This document shows, piece after piece, positions 37,895-47,251 of a stretch of 64,000 bases of DNA. Numbering within the stretch: position 1 is the first letter of the stretch; the number at the start of each line of letters is the position of its first letter. Below the pieces are notes generated by a model. It saw nothing but the letters and a program-made list of their open reading frames with translations, was not told the DNA's origin and did no database searches. This DNA is from Thermoanaerobaculia bacterium (GTDB lineage Bacteria; Acidobacteriota; Thermoanaerobaculia; Gp7-AA8): contig OY970380.1 in assembly GCA_963719365.1 (NCBI GenBank), forward strand, positions 1,038,903 through 1,102,902, given 5' to 3'. The position numbers and the translations under genes were made by a program.

Positions 37895-38956
37895 ATGCCC
37901 CGTCATCATGATGCGCACGTCCATTGGAAGCATCTCGCCAGTTACGGCGCGGTGATGATGCTGGTGGCCGCGGCCGGCGCAATTGCTCTCTGGTCCTTTT
38001 TCGAAAAGCAATCGCTCGTGACGGTGCCGGATCCGCTTCCGAAAGTCACGGTTGTGACGATGAACGTCAATTCGCGGCTGGCCGCGGCGTGGGTGAATCT
38101 GCTGACGCGGGCGGGGCTTCAGGCCACGCTCGTGCCGATGGACAAGCTCGATTCGATCGAAGGCGTGGTCGTCCTCTGTGATGTTCCTGCAATCCCTCCG
38201 AAGCCTTCCGCTGCGCTCGATGCGTTTGTCCGCCACGGCGGTTCATTGGCGTTCGCCGGCATCCCTCCGTCAACGGCGATCGGCAAACTGCGGCTGAGCG
38301 CCGAGGAGGGCTCGTCGGACACAGCCATCAAGTTGTCGGAGCCCGCCTCGCCGATCCTGGCGCGGCTCAATCCTGGCTCCGAGGTGCAGATGCGCAGCGC
38401 CAGTGTCGCGCTATTGAAAGAGTCGCCGGAGATGAACGTCGATGCGCGCTGGCGCGAGAAGGCGCGCGCGGCGGTGATGCACATGGAGCAGGACGGCGCC
38501 CGCTTCCTGTGGATGGGATTCGATCCGGACGCGCTGGTGGAGAAGGACGATCGGCAGATGTTGTTGCTGATTCGGAGCGCCTTTCGATGGGCGGCAGGAC
38601 AACCGGTGTCCGAGGGAGCCGTGGGCGACGCAACAACGGCTCGGACGCTTACGCCCGAATCGCGGCGCGATGCACGCGCCGCGCGCTTCGCCTTCGGCGT
38701 CGACCGCCTGACGAATCCTCGCCTCTTTCTGCTTCACGTCGCGAACCGCGGGCCGAAGCCGATCGGCAATCCGAGTGTGATGATCTGGATGCCGCCGCAC
38801 ACCTCGGACGCCGCCGTCGCCGGAGACCTCTTCATGAGGCGCAATGTTTCGCTGACCGCGATTCAGGGCGAGCGCGCCTGGGTTGTATCCGTGCCGCGGC
38901 TCGGCCCCAACGAAGAACGGATCGTCAAGTTGAAAGTCGAAGGGGCGCAACGCTGA
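37895..38956 (+). CDS. Hypothetical membrane-anchored protein (N-terminal TM, possible GATase1-like fold domain)
   Basis: TM near N-terminus (AVMMLVAAAGAIALW); VVVLCDVPAIPPKPSAALDAFVRHGGSLAFAG resembles class-I amidotransferase-like/DUF4159 cores. No NodB deacetylase motifs. Confidence 0.5.
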   Translation: MPRHHDAHVHWKHLASYGAVMMLVAAAGAIALWSFFEKQSLVTVPDPLPKVTVVTMNVNSRLAAAWVNLLTRAGLQATLVPMDKLDSIEGVVVLCDVPAIPPKPSAALDAFVRHGGSLAFAGIPPSTAIGKLRLSAEEGSSDTAIKLSEPASPILARLNPGSEVQMRSASVALLKESPEMNVDARWREKARAAVMHMEQDGARFLWMGFDPDALVEKDDRQMLLLIRSAFRWAAGQPVSEGAVGDATTARTLTPESRRDARAARFAFGVDRLTNPRLFLLHVANRGPKPIGNPSVMIWMPPHTSDAAVAGDLFMRRNVSLTAIQGERAWVVSVPRLGPNEERIVKLKVEGAQR

Positions 38957-38964
38957 GCAGGAAG

Positions 38965-39055
38965 GGAGTGGGGAGTAGGGTGTGGGGGGTGGGAGCTGGA
39001 TCTCAAGTCCTCCCACTCCCCACTCCCTACTCCCTACTCCCCACTCCCTTCGATT
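38965..39055. repeat. GGGGAGT-heptamer-based imperfect palindrome, second copy
   Basis: gggagtggggagtagggtgtggggggtgggag-ctggatctcaagtc-ctcccactccccactccctactccctactccccactccc. Confidence 0.5.
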
Positions 39056-39106
39056 TGATTTCCCTTCCTGCCAAATAACAACAACACGCCTTACAATCTC
39101 GCGACC

Positions 39107-40804
39107 GTGAATCCCGAGGTGAAGGATCTTCAGCCGAAACTGAAGGAAGTTCTTTACGACTGCGCCGTGGAGATCCGCGCCACGAAGGCTGCGCTGTTTC
39201 TTTACGACAGCATCGGACGCTACGAGATCGTGGCCGAGTACGGATTCAAAGGCGCGATCCGGCAGTCGGTCGATCGCAAAGATCCGATCGTCGATCGCTG
39301 CGGCCGCGGACGGTCGGCCTTTTTCGTCAACGGCCTCAGTGCCGAGCCGCGGTTCTCCGAGGTCATGTACGAGTCGTCGAGCGACCGGCTGCTGGCAGCT
39401 CCGATCTACAGCCGCGGACAGCTCGTCGGACTGATCGACATGCGCGACAAAGCGCAGAAGCAACTGTTCGATAACGCCGATCTTCCGAAGGCACAAAAGA
39501 TCGCCGAGCGCATCGCCGAGCTTTTCGCAGGCAAGAACGTGTTCGGACAGCGCTTCATCTCCCTCGCGCATCCAGACGATCCGCAAAATCCAGTCTCGCG
39601 CACCTCCACGATTCCGTCCGCGCCACTGCCATCGGCGGCCGCAGACGTAGCGCGTGCCCCGGTTCCTTCGTCGCCACCCAAGCCGTCCGCACCGCCTCCG
39701 GCCGCGACGGTGAAAACGCCGCCCGAGCAAGGCGCCCGCGTTCCTCGGTTATCCGCATTGATCATCGACGGCCGCGCCGCCGCGAACCGCATTGTGCTGC
39801 CGCCCGCGCCGGAATCGCTGACCGAGAACGAGCTCGCGGCGGTTCGCGACGTGCTCCGCGCCATTCTTCTGATTCCGAGCGTGGCCGTCGTGTCATTCGC
39901 GGCGTTCGGTCACATGGGCGGCATCCAGGAAGTGGCGGCAAAAGGTGTGATCTCCGAGGAGGCGTCGGCGTTTCTGCAGTCGAAGCTCAACATCTGGCTG
40001 GCCAAGCGCGGCGAGTCGGCAGGACACACGCGCCGGAACGTGCAGTTGCCATTCGGACCGGGAACGGCGTCGATCCAGGCCGCGCAGATGGTGAAAGTAT
40101 TCACGGCGCCGGTAGTGGCCGGATCGCTGCGATCGCTTTATCTGACGGTGGCATTCACGGCCAACCCCGACCGCAATGCGCACGAACTTCTGGCGGCAAT
40201 GCTGACGCAACTGCAAGCGGTCATCGAACGCTCGATGGATCGGGCGTCGCTGCAATCGTTGCGCGAGCGCGCCGCCTTCTCGCTGATCGAGCCCGACTTC
40301 GCAAAGTACCCGGAGTTGCGCACTCATTCCGAGTTGGTGGCGTCGCGTTGCGAATCGCTGGCGCGTTATCTGGAGATGTCGCCGGCGGAGATCGAGAACG
40401 TGCGCATCGCGGCGCTCGTTCACGATGTGGGGATGCGTCTGCTCGACTACGACCGCCTCTATCGCAAGCCCGACATTTCGCTGGATGAGATCCATATTCT
40501 CCGCGAGCACACCACGGTCGGCGCCGCCCTCGTCGAGCCGGTTCTGGGTCACGAGATCGCCCGCGCCGTGCTCTGTCATCACGAACGCTGGGACGGTACC
40601 GGCTACCCCAACGAGCTGGGCGGCGAAGAGATCCCGCGCTTGGCCCGCATCATCCATGTTTGCGACGTCTACGAGTCGATGATCGCGACCGAGAACTACA
40701 AACCCGCACAACCGCGCAACGCCGTGCTGACGATGATCGCCGAAAATGGCGGTACGCAGTTCGACGCCGCAATCGCGAACCGGTTCATCGAGATGGTTCG
40801 GTAG
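39107..40804 (+). CDS. GAF-like N-terminal domain + HD-GYP c-di-GMP phosphodiesterase
   Basis: HD-GYP motifs IAALVHDVGM and CHHERWDGTGYP. N-terminal about 150 aa GAF-like; central Pro/Ala-rich linker. GTG start. Confidence 0.85.
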   Translation: MNPEVKDLQPKLKEVLYDCAVEIRATKAALFLYDSIGRYEIVAEYGFKGAIRQSVDRKDPIVDRCGRGRSAFFVNGLSAEPRFSEVMYESSSDRLLAAPIYSRGQLVGLIDMRDKAQKQLFDNADLPKAQKIAERIAELFAGKNVFGQRFISLAHPDDPQNPVSRTSTIPSAPLPSAAADVARAPVPSSPPKPSAPPPAATVKTPPEQGARVPRLSALIIDGRAAANRIVLPPAPESLTENELAAVRDVLRAILLIPSVAVVSFAAFGHMGGIQEVAAKGVISEEASAFLQSKLNIWLAKRGESAGHTRRNVQLPFGPGTASIQAAQMVKVFTAPVVAGSLRSLYLTVAFTANPDRNAHELLAAMLTQLQAVIERSMDRASLQSLRERAAFSLIEPDFAKYPELRTHSELVASRCESLARYLEMSPAEIENVRIAALVHDVGMRLLDYDRLYRKPDISLDEIHILREHTTVGAALVEPVLGHEIARAVLCHHERWDGTGYPNELGGEEIPRLARIIHVCDVYESMIATENYKPAQPRNAVLTMIAENGGTQFDAAIANRFIEMVR

Positions 40805-40809
40805 GCCAA

Positions 40810-40850
40810 GATTTTCTTCGCGTCTTCGCGTCTTCGTGTGAAACGCCTCT
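40810..40850. repeat. CTTCGCG-heptamer repeat copy after the HD-GYP gene
   Basis: ttcttcgcgtcttcgcgtcttcgtgtgaaacgcc. Confidence 0.4.
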
Positions 40851-40913
40851 CGCCCTCCCTTAGAATGCGCCGTCGTCCATCCGCCGCCGCATCAAAACGA
40901 AAGGGAATCGCTC

Positions 40914-41291
40914 ATGGCTGAATGTCCGGAGTTTGTGATCTGGAGTCCGTTGAAACCCGGCTGGAAGTTTTTCGCGGAGGCAAGTGCCGCAACGAAAAAC
41001 GGGACGCCCAGCAACGACTTCGACGCCAGCATTCACGTCGTGCAGCCTGGCGGCAGCGCGATCGATTGGCTCAAAGCGGACCTCGTTCCGGGAGCGTCAT
41101 CGATCGATGCCCTGGTATCCGGCGGCTACGGCGCGAGCGCGAGATTGCTCAGCGGTCCGAGCGGCCCGAAGGTCACGCTGCGCGCCTGGATCGTCGATGC
41201 CGAAGGTGCGAAACCATTCGACTGCACGTGGACGAACTCCGACGCGGGAACCGAATTTAACGTGTCGATCGTGCTGGTGGTGAAGGCGTGA
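40914..41291 (+). CDS. Hypothetical protein (125 aa)
   Basis: ORF with RBS-like GGGAATCGCTC context; no recognisable domain. ATGA overlap with next gene. Confidence 0.45.
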   Translation: MAECPEFVIWSPLKPGWKFFAEASAATKNGTPSNDFDASIHVVQPGGSAIDWLKADLVPGASSIDALVSGGYGASARLLSGPSGPKVTLRAWIVDAEGAKPFDCTWTNSDAGTEFNVSIVLVVKA

Positions 41292-42667
41292 TGCGCAGAT
41301 TCTTCTGTTTGTCTCTCTTGACGATGGCCATCGCCGCCAGCGCGGTTGCCCAGCAATGCACTCCCGACGACACGCTTCTCATCTGCTGGCGGAAGTACAA
41401 CAGCGTTGCCGCGAAAACCGCGCAGAACGTTGCCACGACAAACACAGGCACGCCGTCAGCGACCACGCAAGCGACAGCCACTGCGTTGCGCGATTTCCAG
41501 AGTTTCTTCTCCGCCGGCTTCGACGCCGGCACCATCATCGAGAACGCTACCTCGGTCACACTCGACTGGAACATCCCCTTCCCATTCGTCGAGAACGATG
41601 ACCGCGTCAAGCTGCAGACGTTCTTCACCGATCCGTCGCTGGCCGCCGATGTTGCGAGGCCGCTCGGATCGTCTGCCTCGAACACGAAGTCGCAACTGAC
41701 GAACTTCGACGATGTGACCACGCTCATCTCGTATTCGCCAGTCAACCAACGCTTCGGACGCTCGATCGCGCCCCACATTGATTTCCTCCGCTATCTGGAA
41801 GCCTCGGCGGATTCCAATCCCGCCGCGGAGTTGGCGAAACTCGGCCAACTCCTGAGCGACGTCCCGCAGACGATCCTCGCAGGCTCCAAGTTTTCGGAGA
41901 TTACCGACCCCACGCAGCAGGCGGAGGTGATCGCACAGGTCGAAGCCGCCGCCTCGGCGGAACAGAAATCTTCGACGCGCGCGACGACGATCGTGAAGGC
42001 GCTGACGAAAGTGATCAACAATCAGCCGCAGGCATACGCCGGCGGGACGTACCACTACCGCAATTCGCTGGTCGGGCCCGACGAGATGTCGGTGAAAGGC
42101 ACGTTCGAGCTCTCGCCGAAAAGCCTCAACCGATTCCTGAAGAACAACGACAACGTTTGCGATCCCGCGAAGAACACGACCTCAGGAAGACCAAACGCCG
42201 CCAACGCTGCGGCGTGCGTGAGCCGTCTGGTCGCGTTTTCCGATACCGCGTCCCAAGCCAATGCCGGCGATCGCCTCGCGTTCGCTATCGAGTACAAACG
42301 CGCCAGCGCGGAAAGCGTCAACCTCACCAAATTCATGGTCGTGCCACCCAACACGCCGGTCGTCCGCCCCGAAACGAAAAGCTTCATCTATTCGCTCACG
42401 TACGGCCATCCGCTCACGAATGCGAAGATCAAAGATGCACGCGTCGATCTCGCCATCAACTACTGGAACATTTCCAACGATCCGGCGAAGAAGGACCGCT
42501 TCGTGGCGTCATTGACGTTCTCGCAAAAAATCAGCGACACGATGACGTTGCCACTCTCGATCACGTACGCCAACCACACGCAATACATACCCCAAACCGA
42601 TCGCCGCGTCGGCATCCGTTTCGGGGTGTCGTACAAGATCGCGAATAGTGGGAGCGGGCGGTATTAG
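41288..42667 (+). CDS. Hypothetical secreted protein (459 aa)
   Basis: Signal peptide (LLTMAIAASAVAQQ), Thr/Ser/Asn-rich; no recognised domain. Confidence 0.5.
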   Translation: MMRRFFCLSLLTMAIAASAVAQQCTPDDTLLICWRKYNSVAAKTAQNVATTNTGTPSATTQATATALRDFQSFFSAGFDAGTIIENATSVTLDWNIPFPFVENDDRVKLQTFFTDPSLAADVARPLGSSASNTKSQLTNFDDVTTLISYSPVNQRFGRSIAPHIDFLRYLEASADSNPAAELAKLGQLLSDVPQTILAGSKFSEITDPTQQAEVIAQVEAAASAEQKSSTRATTIVKALTKVINNQPQAYAGGTYHYRNSLVGPDEMSVKGTFELSPKSLNRFLKNNDNVCDPAKNTTSGRPNAANAAACVSRLVAFSDTASQANAGDRLAFAIEYKRASAESVNLTKFMVVPPNTPVVRPETKSFIYSLTYGHPLTNAKIKDARVDLAINYWNISNDPAKKDRFVASLTFSQKISDTMTLPLSITYANHTQYIPQTDRRVGIRFGVSYKIANSGSGRY

Positions 42668-42681
42668 CCGCGCGGTCGCCA

Positions 42682-43557
42682 TTAATGCCCCCGTACACCC
42701 CGGAGTCGCGGCGCCGGAGCCGGTTGGGCGACTGCAGTCATCGAGGCAAGCACCACATCACTCATGGGCGATGCCACATTCGCAGTGCTGATGACCAGAG
42801 AGAGGCTCGGCTGATCCACGGTTACGATCGCATAGTAGGAGAAGCCGTTGGCAAGGACGGTGCGGGCTGGCGTGTCGCACCCGACTTTCAGAGGCAACGA
42901 GATGGTGTTGGCGCTGTTCGCCGCGAGTAACGTCGTGCGCTCGTCGATGATCGTGTCGTCGCAGGCGCGAAAGAGCTGCACATGAGCGGATCCGGACGAG
43001 CTACCGGCATTGAAGACGATCGCAGCGACCGTCGCGTCCCGCGTTCCCGCGTCCGCGATGAGATGCCGTTGAGCGACGTTGGCTGCTACAAGAGCACGGA
43101 AGACTGGCAATGCGACCTGACCCCGATTCGGCGCGAAAGTGGGAGGCTGCGGCACCGAGCAGTTGGTAGTCCCGAGGTCCAGAGCGCTGGCGATGACGAC
43201 TGCCTCGGGAACGTCGAGATGAACCGCCCACCACTTTGCTGCCGGATCGTGCGTAAACCACATCGGCCGCGCGTAGTCGATCGTCATCGTACGCCCGCCG
43301 GGAACCGTAACCACAGCCCCGGCGTCAACTTCCGTTCCGTTGCTTATTCCCCGTACAACCACGCTCGCATCCGCCGCTTTGGTGTTCTGGAGGAGCAGTT
43401 CATCACGGGTTTCAAGCGCGCTACAGGACCCAGCAATCTGAACGGAATCGTGGTTGCGCAGAACCCAAACATCAGAGGCGTGCAACGGCGCGCACCATAT
43501 GTTCAGGACGAGAAGGGCAAAGACAACAATAATCCGGCTGTTCATCATCGAATCCAT
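42682..43557 (-). CDS. Hypothetical secreted protein (291 aa)
   Basis: Signal peptide IIVVFALLVLNIWCAPLHA; no recognised domain. Confidence 0.5.
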   Translation of the reverse strand: MDSMMNSRIIVVFALLVLNIWCAPLHASDVWVLRNHDSVQIAGSCSALETRDELLLQNTKAADASVVVRGISNGTEVDAGAVVTVPGGRTMTIDYARPMWFTHDPAAKWWAVHLDVPEAVVIASALDLGTTNCSVPQPPTFAPNRGQVALPVFRALVAANVAQRHLIADAGTRDATVAAIVFNAGSSSGSAHVQLFRACDDTIIDERTTLLAANSANTISLPLKVGCDTPARTVLANGFSYYAIVTVDQPSLSLVISTANVASPMSDVVLASMTAVAQPAPAPRLRGVRGH

Positions 43558-45308
43558 GTGAAATAAAGGTCAGATACGAAGTTACCAGTGGTTGGCTCAC
43601 CAATCCACGGATTGTTCCAGACTCCATTCCAACGCCAAACGTCATGATAATCGCCTATGAATCCACCGCTAGGCGCCTGCGAGTCGAAATGTCCCACGTC
43701 CGTTGTCCCGATGGTGCTATTGACCAGTCCTCCTGATGGGGTGATGTAACGAACCACCTGTCGCCATTGGACGTTGGATGGGCTAAAGCGCGTATCGAAC
43801 CACGATACGAGGAGATTCCCCGAAGCGTCGAAGTCGAGGCCAGCCTGAAACTGATCCCGGAACGGGCTGTAGTCGAGCTGGGTTCCTTCGCTGTACGTCC
43901 AATTGCCGTTGCTGTCCCCACTGTTGAGATAGATCTGTGAGTAATAAGTTCCCGAAAAGTTCACGGCGGATGACCACACCACCTCGATACGGTCCGTCTG
44001 CGGGCTGTGCCGGGCGCGAATGGTGTTGATGCTGCGAACAGTCCCGTTGGCTGCCTGGTAGCCCGGCATTTCGGTTTCCCAGCCAATCACCCGTGGCCCA
44101 ATGGTGAACGCAATGTTCTGCGTCGAAAGATCGGCGACCGGCGGGGCGACGCGCTCCTCGATCGCAAAACGCCCGTTGCTGACGTTTCCGTAGTTCAAAT
44201 AGAAGACGTGAACGGCGCCTGAGTTATCGACGACGGTCTGCGGCGTCGCCACGTTGCCGTGAACGACATCGACCTCAGCGTCGAAAGACGGGAGACATCC
44301 GTAGGGACAGACGACTTCACATCTTCCGATGCACATGACTCCGCCACGGCTGCGCCGAATGCGGATATAGGTGTCGGGCCGGTTGTTCAAATTGAACTGC
44401 GTGTATGCCGTATATACAATTCCGTTTGTGGCTGGATAGCCCGAGGGCGGGGTTGTCGACCACGATACGGCTACATTTGGTTGATCGAGCAGGATGTTGC
44501 CGTCGTTGCTATTCGCTGCTTGGACGGGTCCCGCCCATCCCCGTCCCCCGTTGGAGGAGGCGTAGATGAAGATCCCGCTTTGTCCACTCGATCCTGGATC
44601 GGTAGTGTGATAGCCAGCCTGGGCAAAGTATTCGCGCGGAAGGGCCGTCCCATCGCCCATGGCAACTCCGATGGTGGGATCCCCGGTAAATGCGAACGAA
44701 TCTGTGAATCCGGTCGGCAGTGCAAATTGCGAAGGAGGACTGGAGAAGTTAACTCCGTCCGTTGACCACTGATAGTACCCATATGGTCGACCGTACAGGC
44801 CGCCGTACTCAGTCCAGAAGAGATTCGTATACACAGTGCCGTACTGGTCGGTAACTGCGGTCGTCGTTGGTTCTACGTCCTGGTTAAAATTGTTTGTCGT
44901 ATTGCTCGCGGGGTTCAGGTGCTCAAGGAAGGACGGCAGCGCAGTAACGGACGGATGCAGACGGCTCGGTTCCTTCGCCCGATCAACATGAAAAATGGCC
45001 GAATTGACCGATGCGAAAGACGGCTCCGCGAGAGTCGTTGTTGGGAGTTTGAACCTCTTAAGGAGCTCGAAATATACAGTCCCGGAAAACGGCTGACGAT
45101 TCAGATCGTCGATCGTATTCAGCCATGTGGCTGGACGGGTGTGATCCTGTTTCGGAATCGGCGCCCCGATCGAATTGTAGATGGGTTCGACGACGGGCCC
45201 GGCGTGTGTCGGAAGTTCCGTGGCGAAGAGCGGGAAGCCGATCACCATAACAAGGGATACAGTCGCGGAGCGGACGAGCAGTAATTGTCTTTTTATTAGA
45301 GTTCTCAC
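43545..45308 (-). CDS. Hypothetical secreted protein (587 aa), possibly beta-propeller/sialidase-like fold
   Basis: N-terminal TM/signal, Asn/Gly/Trp-rich repeats (SSNGGRGWAG, SWSTTPPSGYP). Overlaps upstream gene by 13 nt. Confidence 0.5.
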   Translation of the reverse strand: MRTLIKRQLLLVRSATVSLVMVIGFPLFATELPTHAGPVVEPIYNSIGAPIPKQDHTRPATWLNTIDDLNRQPFSGTVYFELLKRFKLPTTTLAEPSFASVNSAIFHVDRAKEPSRLHPSVTALPSFLEHLNPASNTTNNFNQDVEPTTTAVTDQYGTVYTNLFWTEYGGLYGRPYGYYQWSTDGVNFSSPPSQFALPTGFTDSFAFTGDPTIGVAMGDGTALPREYFAQAGYHTTDPGSSGQSGIFIYASSNGGRGWAGPVQAANSNDGNILLDQPNVAVSWSTTPPSGYPATNGIVYTAYTQFNLNNRPDTYIRIRRSRGGVMCIGRCEVVCPYGCLPSFDAEVDVVHGNVATPQTVVDNSGAVHVFYLNYGNVSNGRFAIEERVAPPVADLSTQNIAFTIGPRVIGWETEMPGYQAANGTVRSINTIRARHSPQTDRIEVVWSSAVNFSGTYYSQIYLNSGDSNGNWTYSEGTQLDYSPFRDQFQAGLDFDASGNLLVSWFDTRFSPSNVQWRQVVRYITPSGGLVNSTIGTTDVGHFDSQAPSGGFIGDYHDVWRWNGVWNNPWIGEPTTGNFVSDLYFTWIR

Positions 45309-45403
45309 ATCTCTACGTAACTGAATCTTGATGTCTATCTATTTCAAAAATAACTCTAGATCGATCTTGCTCCATATTTCCGATCTTCCTTTATCACCTC
45401 ACA

Positions 45404-46756
45404 TCAACGCCGTTGAGAAGCATGTCGCTCATGCCAGAGCTCGTTCGGTTGGCCTTTTTCCCATGGTTTGTAGGCGAGGACGAAGTCGATCCGGCGGCCT
45501 AGGGATGGGTGCGAGTAGCGCCACCATTCGATGAAGCGTGGGGGGCGCGGATCGGCTTTTGAATCCTCGGCGAATTTTACGAACGAGCTGGCCATTGCTT
45601 CGTTCTTGTTTGTGAGCTCGAGGCCGAAGATGTCGGCTTGATGCTCGACGTGGCGCGAGTAGCCGGAGTAGACGGGCGACAGGAGGAAGGCGAGCAGGCT
45701 GCTGACGGCGAGCAGCCACGGGAGCGCTGCCGGATCGCCGCGCGGGCTCGCGCTCCAGCGCACGCCCCAGCGCGCGAGACCCCATTCGAAAAGGTGTTGG
45801 GCGATCCAGAATCCGAGGAAGGAGATGGCGACGCCGAAGGCCATTCCCCACCAGAGGTGATTGAGAACGTAATGGCCCATCTCGTGGCCCATCACGGCCA
45901 GGATCTCGTCGCGATCGAGCTTCGCCAGCAGCGTGTCCCACATGACGATGCGCGCCGAGGGACCGATGCCGGTGACGTAGGCATTCATTTCTTTCGTCTG
46001 CTTCGATTTGTCGACTTCGTAGACACGGCTCTGCTCGATGCCGGCGCGCGATGCTTCGTCGAGCAATGCTTGCCGCAGTGACGCGTCGCGCAATGGACGG
46101 AAGTCGTTGAAGAGCGGATCGATGATCAGCGGCGTGGCCAGGACGCCGAGGAGGATCAGGGGAATCGATCCGAGCCAGAGCACGACCCACCAGCGCCGGA
46201 TGCAGCGAATGCCGAGGAGCGCAAGCGCGGCGATCGGCGCACCGATGACGAGATTGACGCCGAGCCCTTTGGCGAAATCGCCGAACCAGCCCGCGAAACT
46301 TTGATTCGTCAGATCGAATTGATGCGGCACGATGAAGCTGCCGTAGAAGTCGAGCGGAAACGTCAGCGCGGTCGTGACGAGCGACAGGAGGACGAAGTAC
46401 AACATCGCCGCGACAAATGACCAGCGCGCCCATCGCTTGGCAAGATCGCGCATCCGTCCCGACCAGCCGGTGGCCAGAATGAGAAGCAGGATGCCAATGC
46501 CGTAGACGACATCGGTGAAGTAGAGGACGTCGTAGATCCGGCTGTGGCGGATCATTTCGGGAGTGACGTGGATTGTTCCGGGGGTCGGTTTTGCGGGAGT
46601 CGTTCGTCGGGTGTCGGGAGTCGGAGCAGGCTTGGTCGTTGGCGCTTGCGACGAAGCGGTCGAAACAGCAACCGTTTGAGGGACCGCTAACTCGGACGCC
46701 CGACTCCCAACCGACACCCCGACAACGATCACGCTCATAACAATCAACGCACGCAT
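45404..46756 (-). CDS. M48 family zinc metallopeptidase (Ste24/HtpX-like)
   Basis: HEMGHYVLNH zinc motif, multiple TMs. Start set at ATG 46756 (MRALIVMSVIV..). Confidence 0.85.
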   Translation of the reverse strand: MRALIVMSVIVVGVSVGSRASELAVPQTVAVSTASSQAPTTKPAPTPDTRRTTPAKPTPGTIHVTPEMIRHSRIYDVLYFTDVVYGIGILLLILATGWSGRMRDLAKRWARWSFVAAMLYFVLLSLVTTALTFPLDFYGSFIVPHQFDLTNQSFAGWFGDFAKGLGVNLVIGAPIAALALLGIRCIRRWWVVLWLGSIPLILLGVLATPLIIDPLFNDFRPLRDASLRQALLDEASRAGIEQSRVYEVDKSKQTKEMNAYVTGIGPSARIVMWDTLLAKLDRDEILAVMGHEMGHYVLNHLWWGMAFGVAISFLGFWIAQHLFEWGLARWGVRWSASPRGDPAALPWLLAVSSLLAFLLSPVYSGYSRHVEHQADIFGLELTNKNEAMASSFVKFAEDSKADPRPPRFIEWWRYSHPSLGRRIDFVLAYKPWEKGQPNELWHERHASQRR

Positions 46757-46777
46757 CCAGATATCATCGCATGCACG

Positions 46778-47251
46778 ATGGCATTCGAAATTCGAGAGGC
46801 AACGGAATCCGACGTCCCGCAGATCCTCCAATTCATCCGCGATCTTGCTGAGTACGAGCGGCTCGCGCACATGGTCGTCGCGACCGAGGAGCAACTCAGG
46901 TCAACGCTGTTCGGAGCGGTGAGGCTGGCCGAGGTGTTGATTGCTTCGGAGGATGGCGCGCCGGCCGGCTTCGCGATCTTCTTTCACAACTACTCGACGT
47001 TCCTCGCGCAGCCGGGCATTTACCTCGAGGACCTTTTCGTCAAGCCGGAGTTTCGCGGGCGCGGCTACGGCAAGGCGCTGCTGGTTCGTCTCGCGCAGAT
47101 CGCGCGCGACCGCAACTGCGGGCGCGTGGAGTGGGCGGTTCTCAACTGGAACGAGCCTTCCATCGCGTTCTACAAGTCGCTCGGCGCACGACCGATGGAG
47201 GATTGGACGGTGTTCCGGCTGACGGGCGAGGCGCTGAAAAAAATGCAGTAG
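46778..47251 (+). CDS. GNAT family N-acetyltransferase
   Basis: FRGRGYGKALLVRLAQIARDRNCGRVEWAVLNWNEPSIAFYKSLGA is the GNAT motif A/B. Confidence 0.85.
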   Translation: MAFEIREATESDVPQILQFIRDLAEYERLAHMVVATEEQLRSTLFGAVRLAEVLIASEDGAPAGFAIFFHNYSTFLAQPGIYLEDLFVKPEFRGRGYGKALLVRLAQIARDRNCGRVEWAVLNWNEPSIAFYKSLGARPMEDWTVFRLTGEALKKMQ

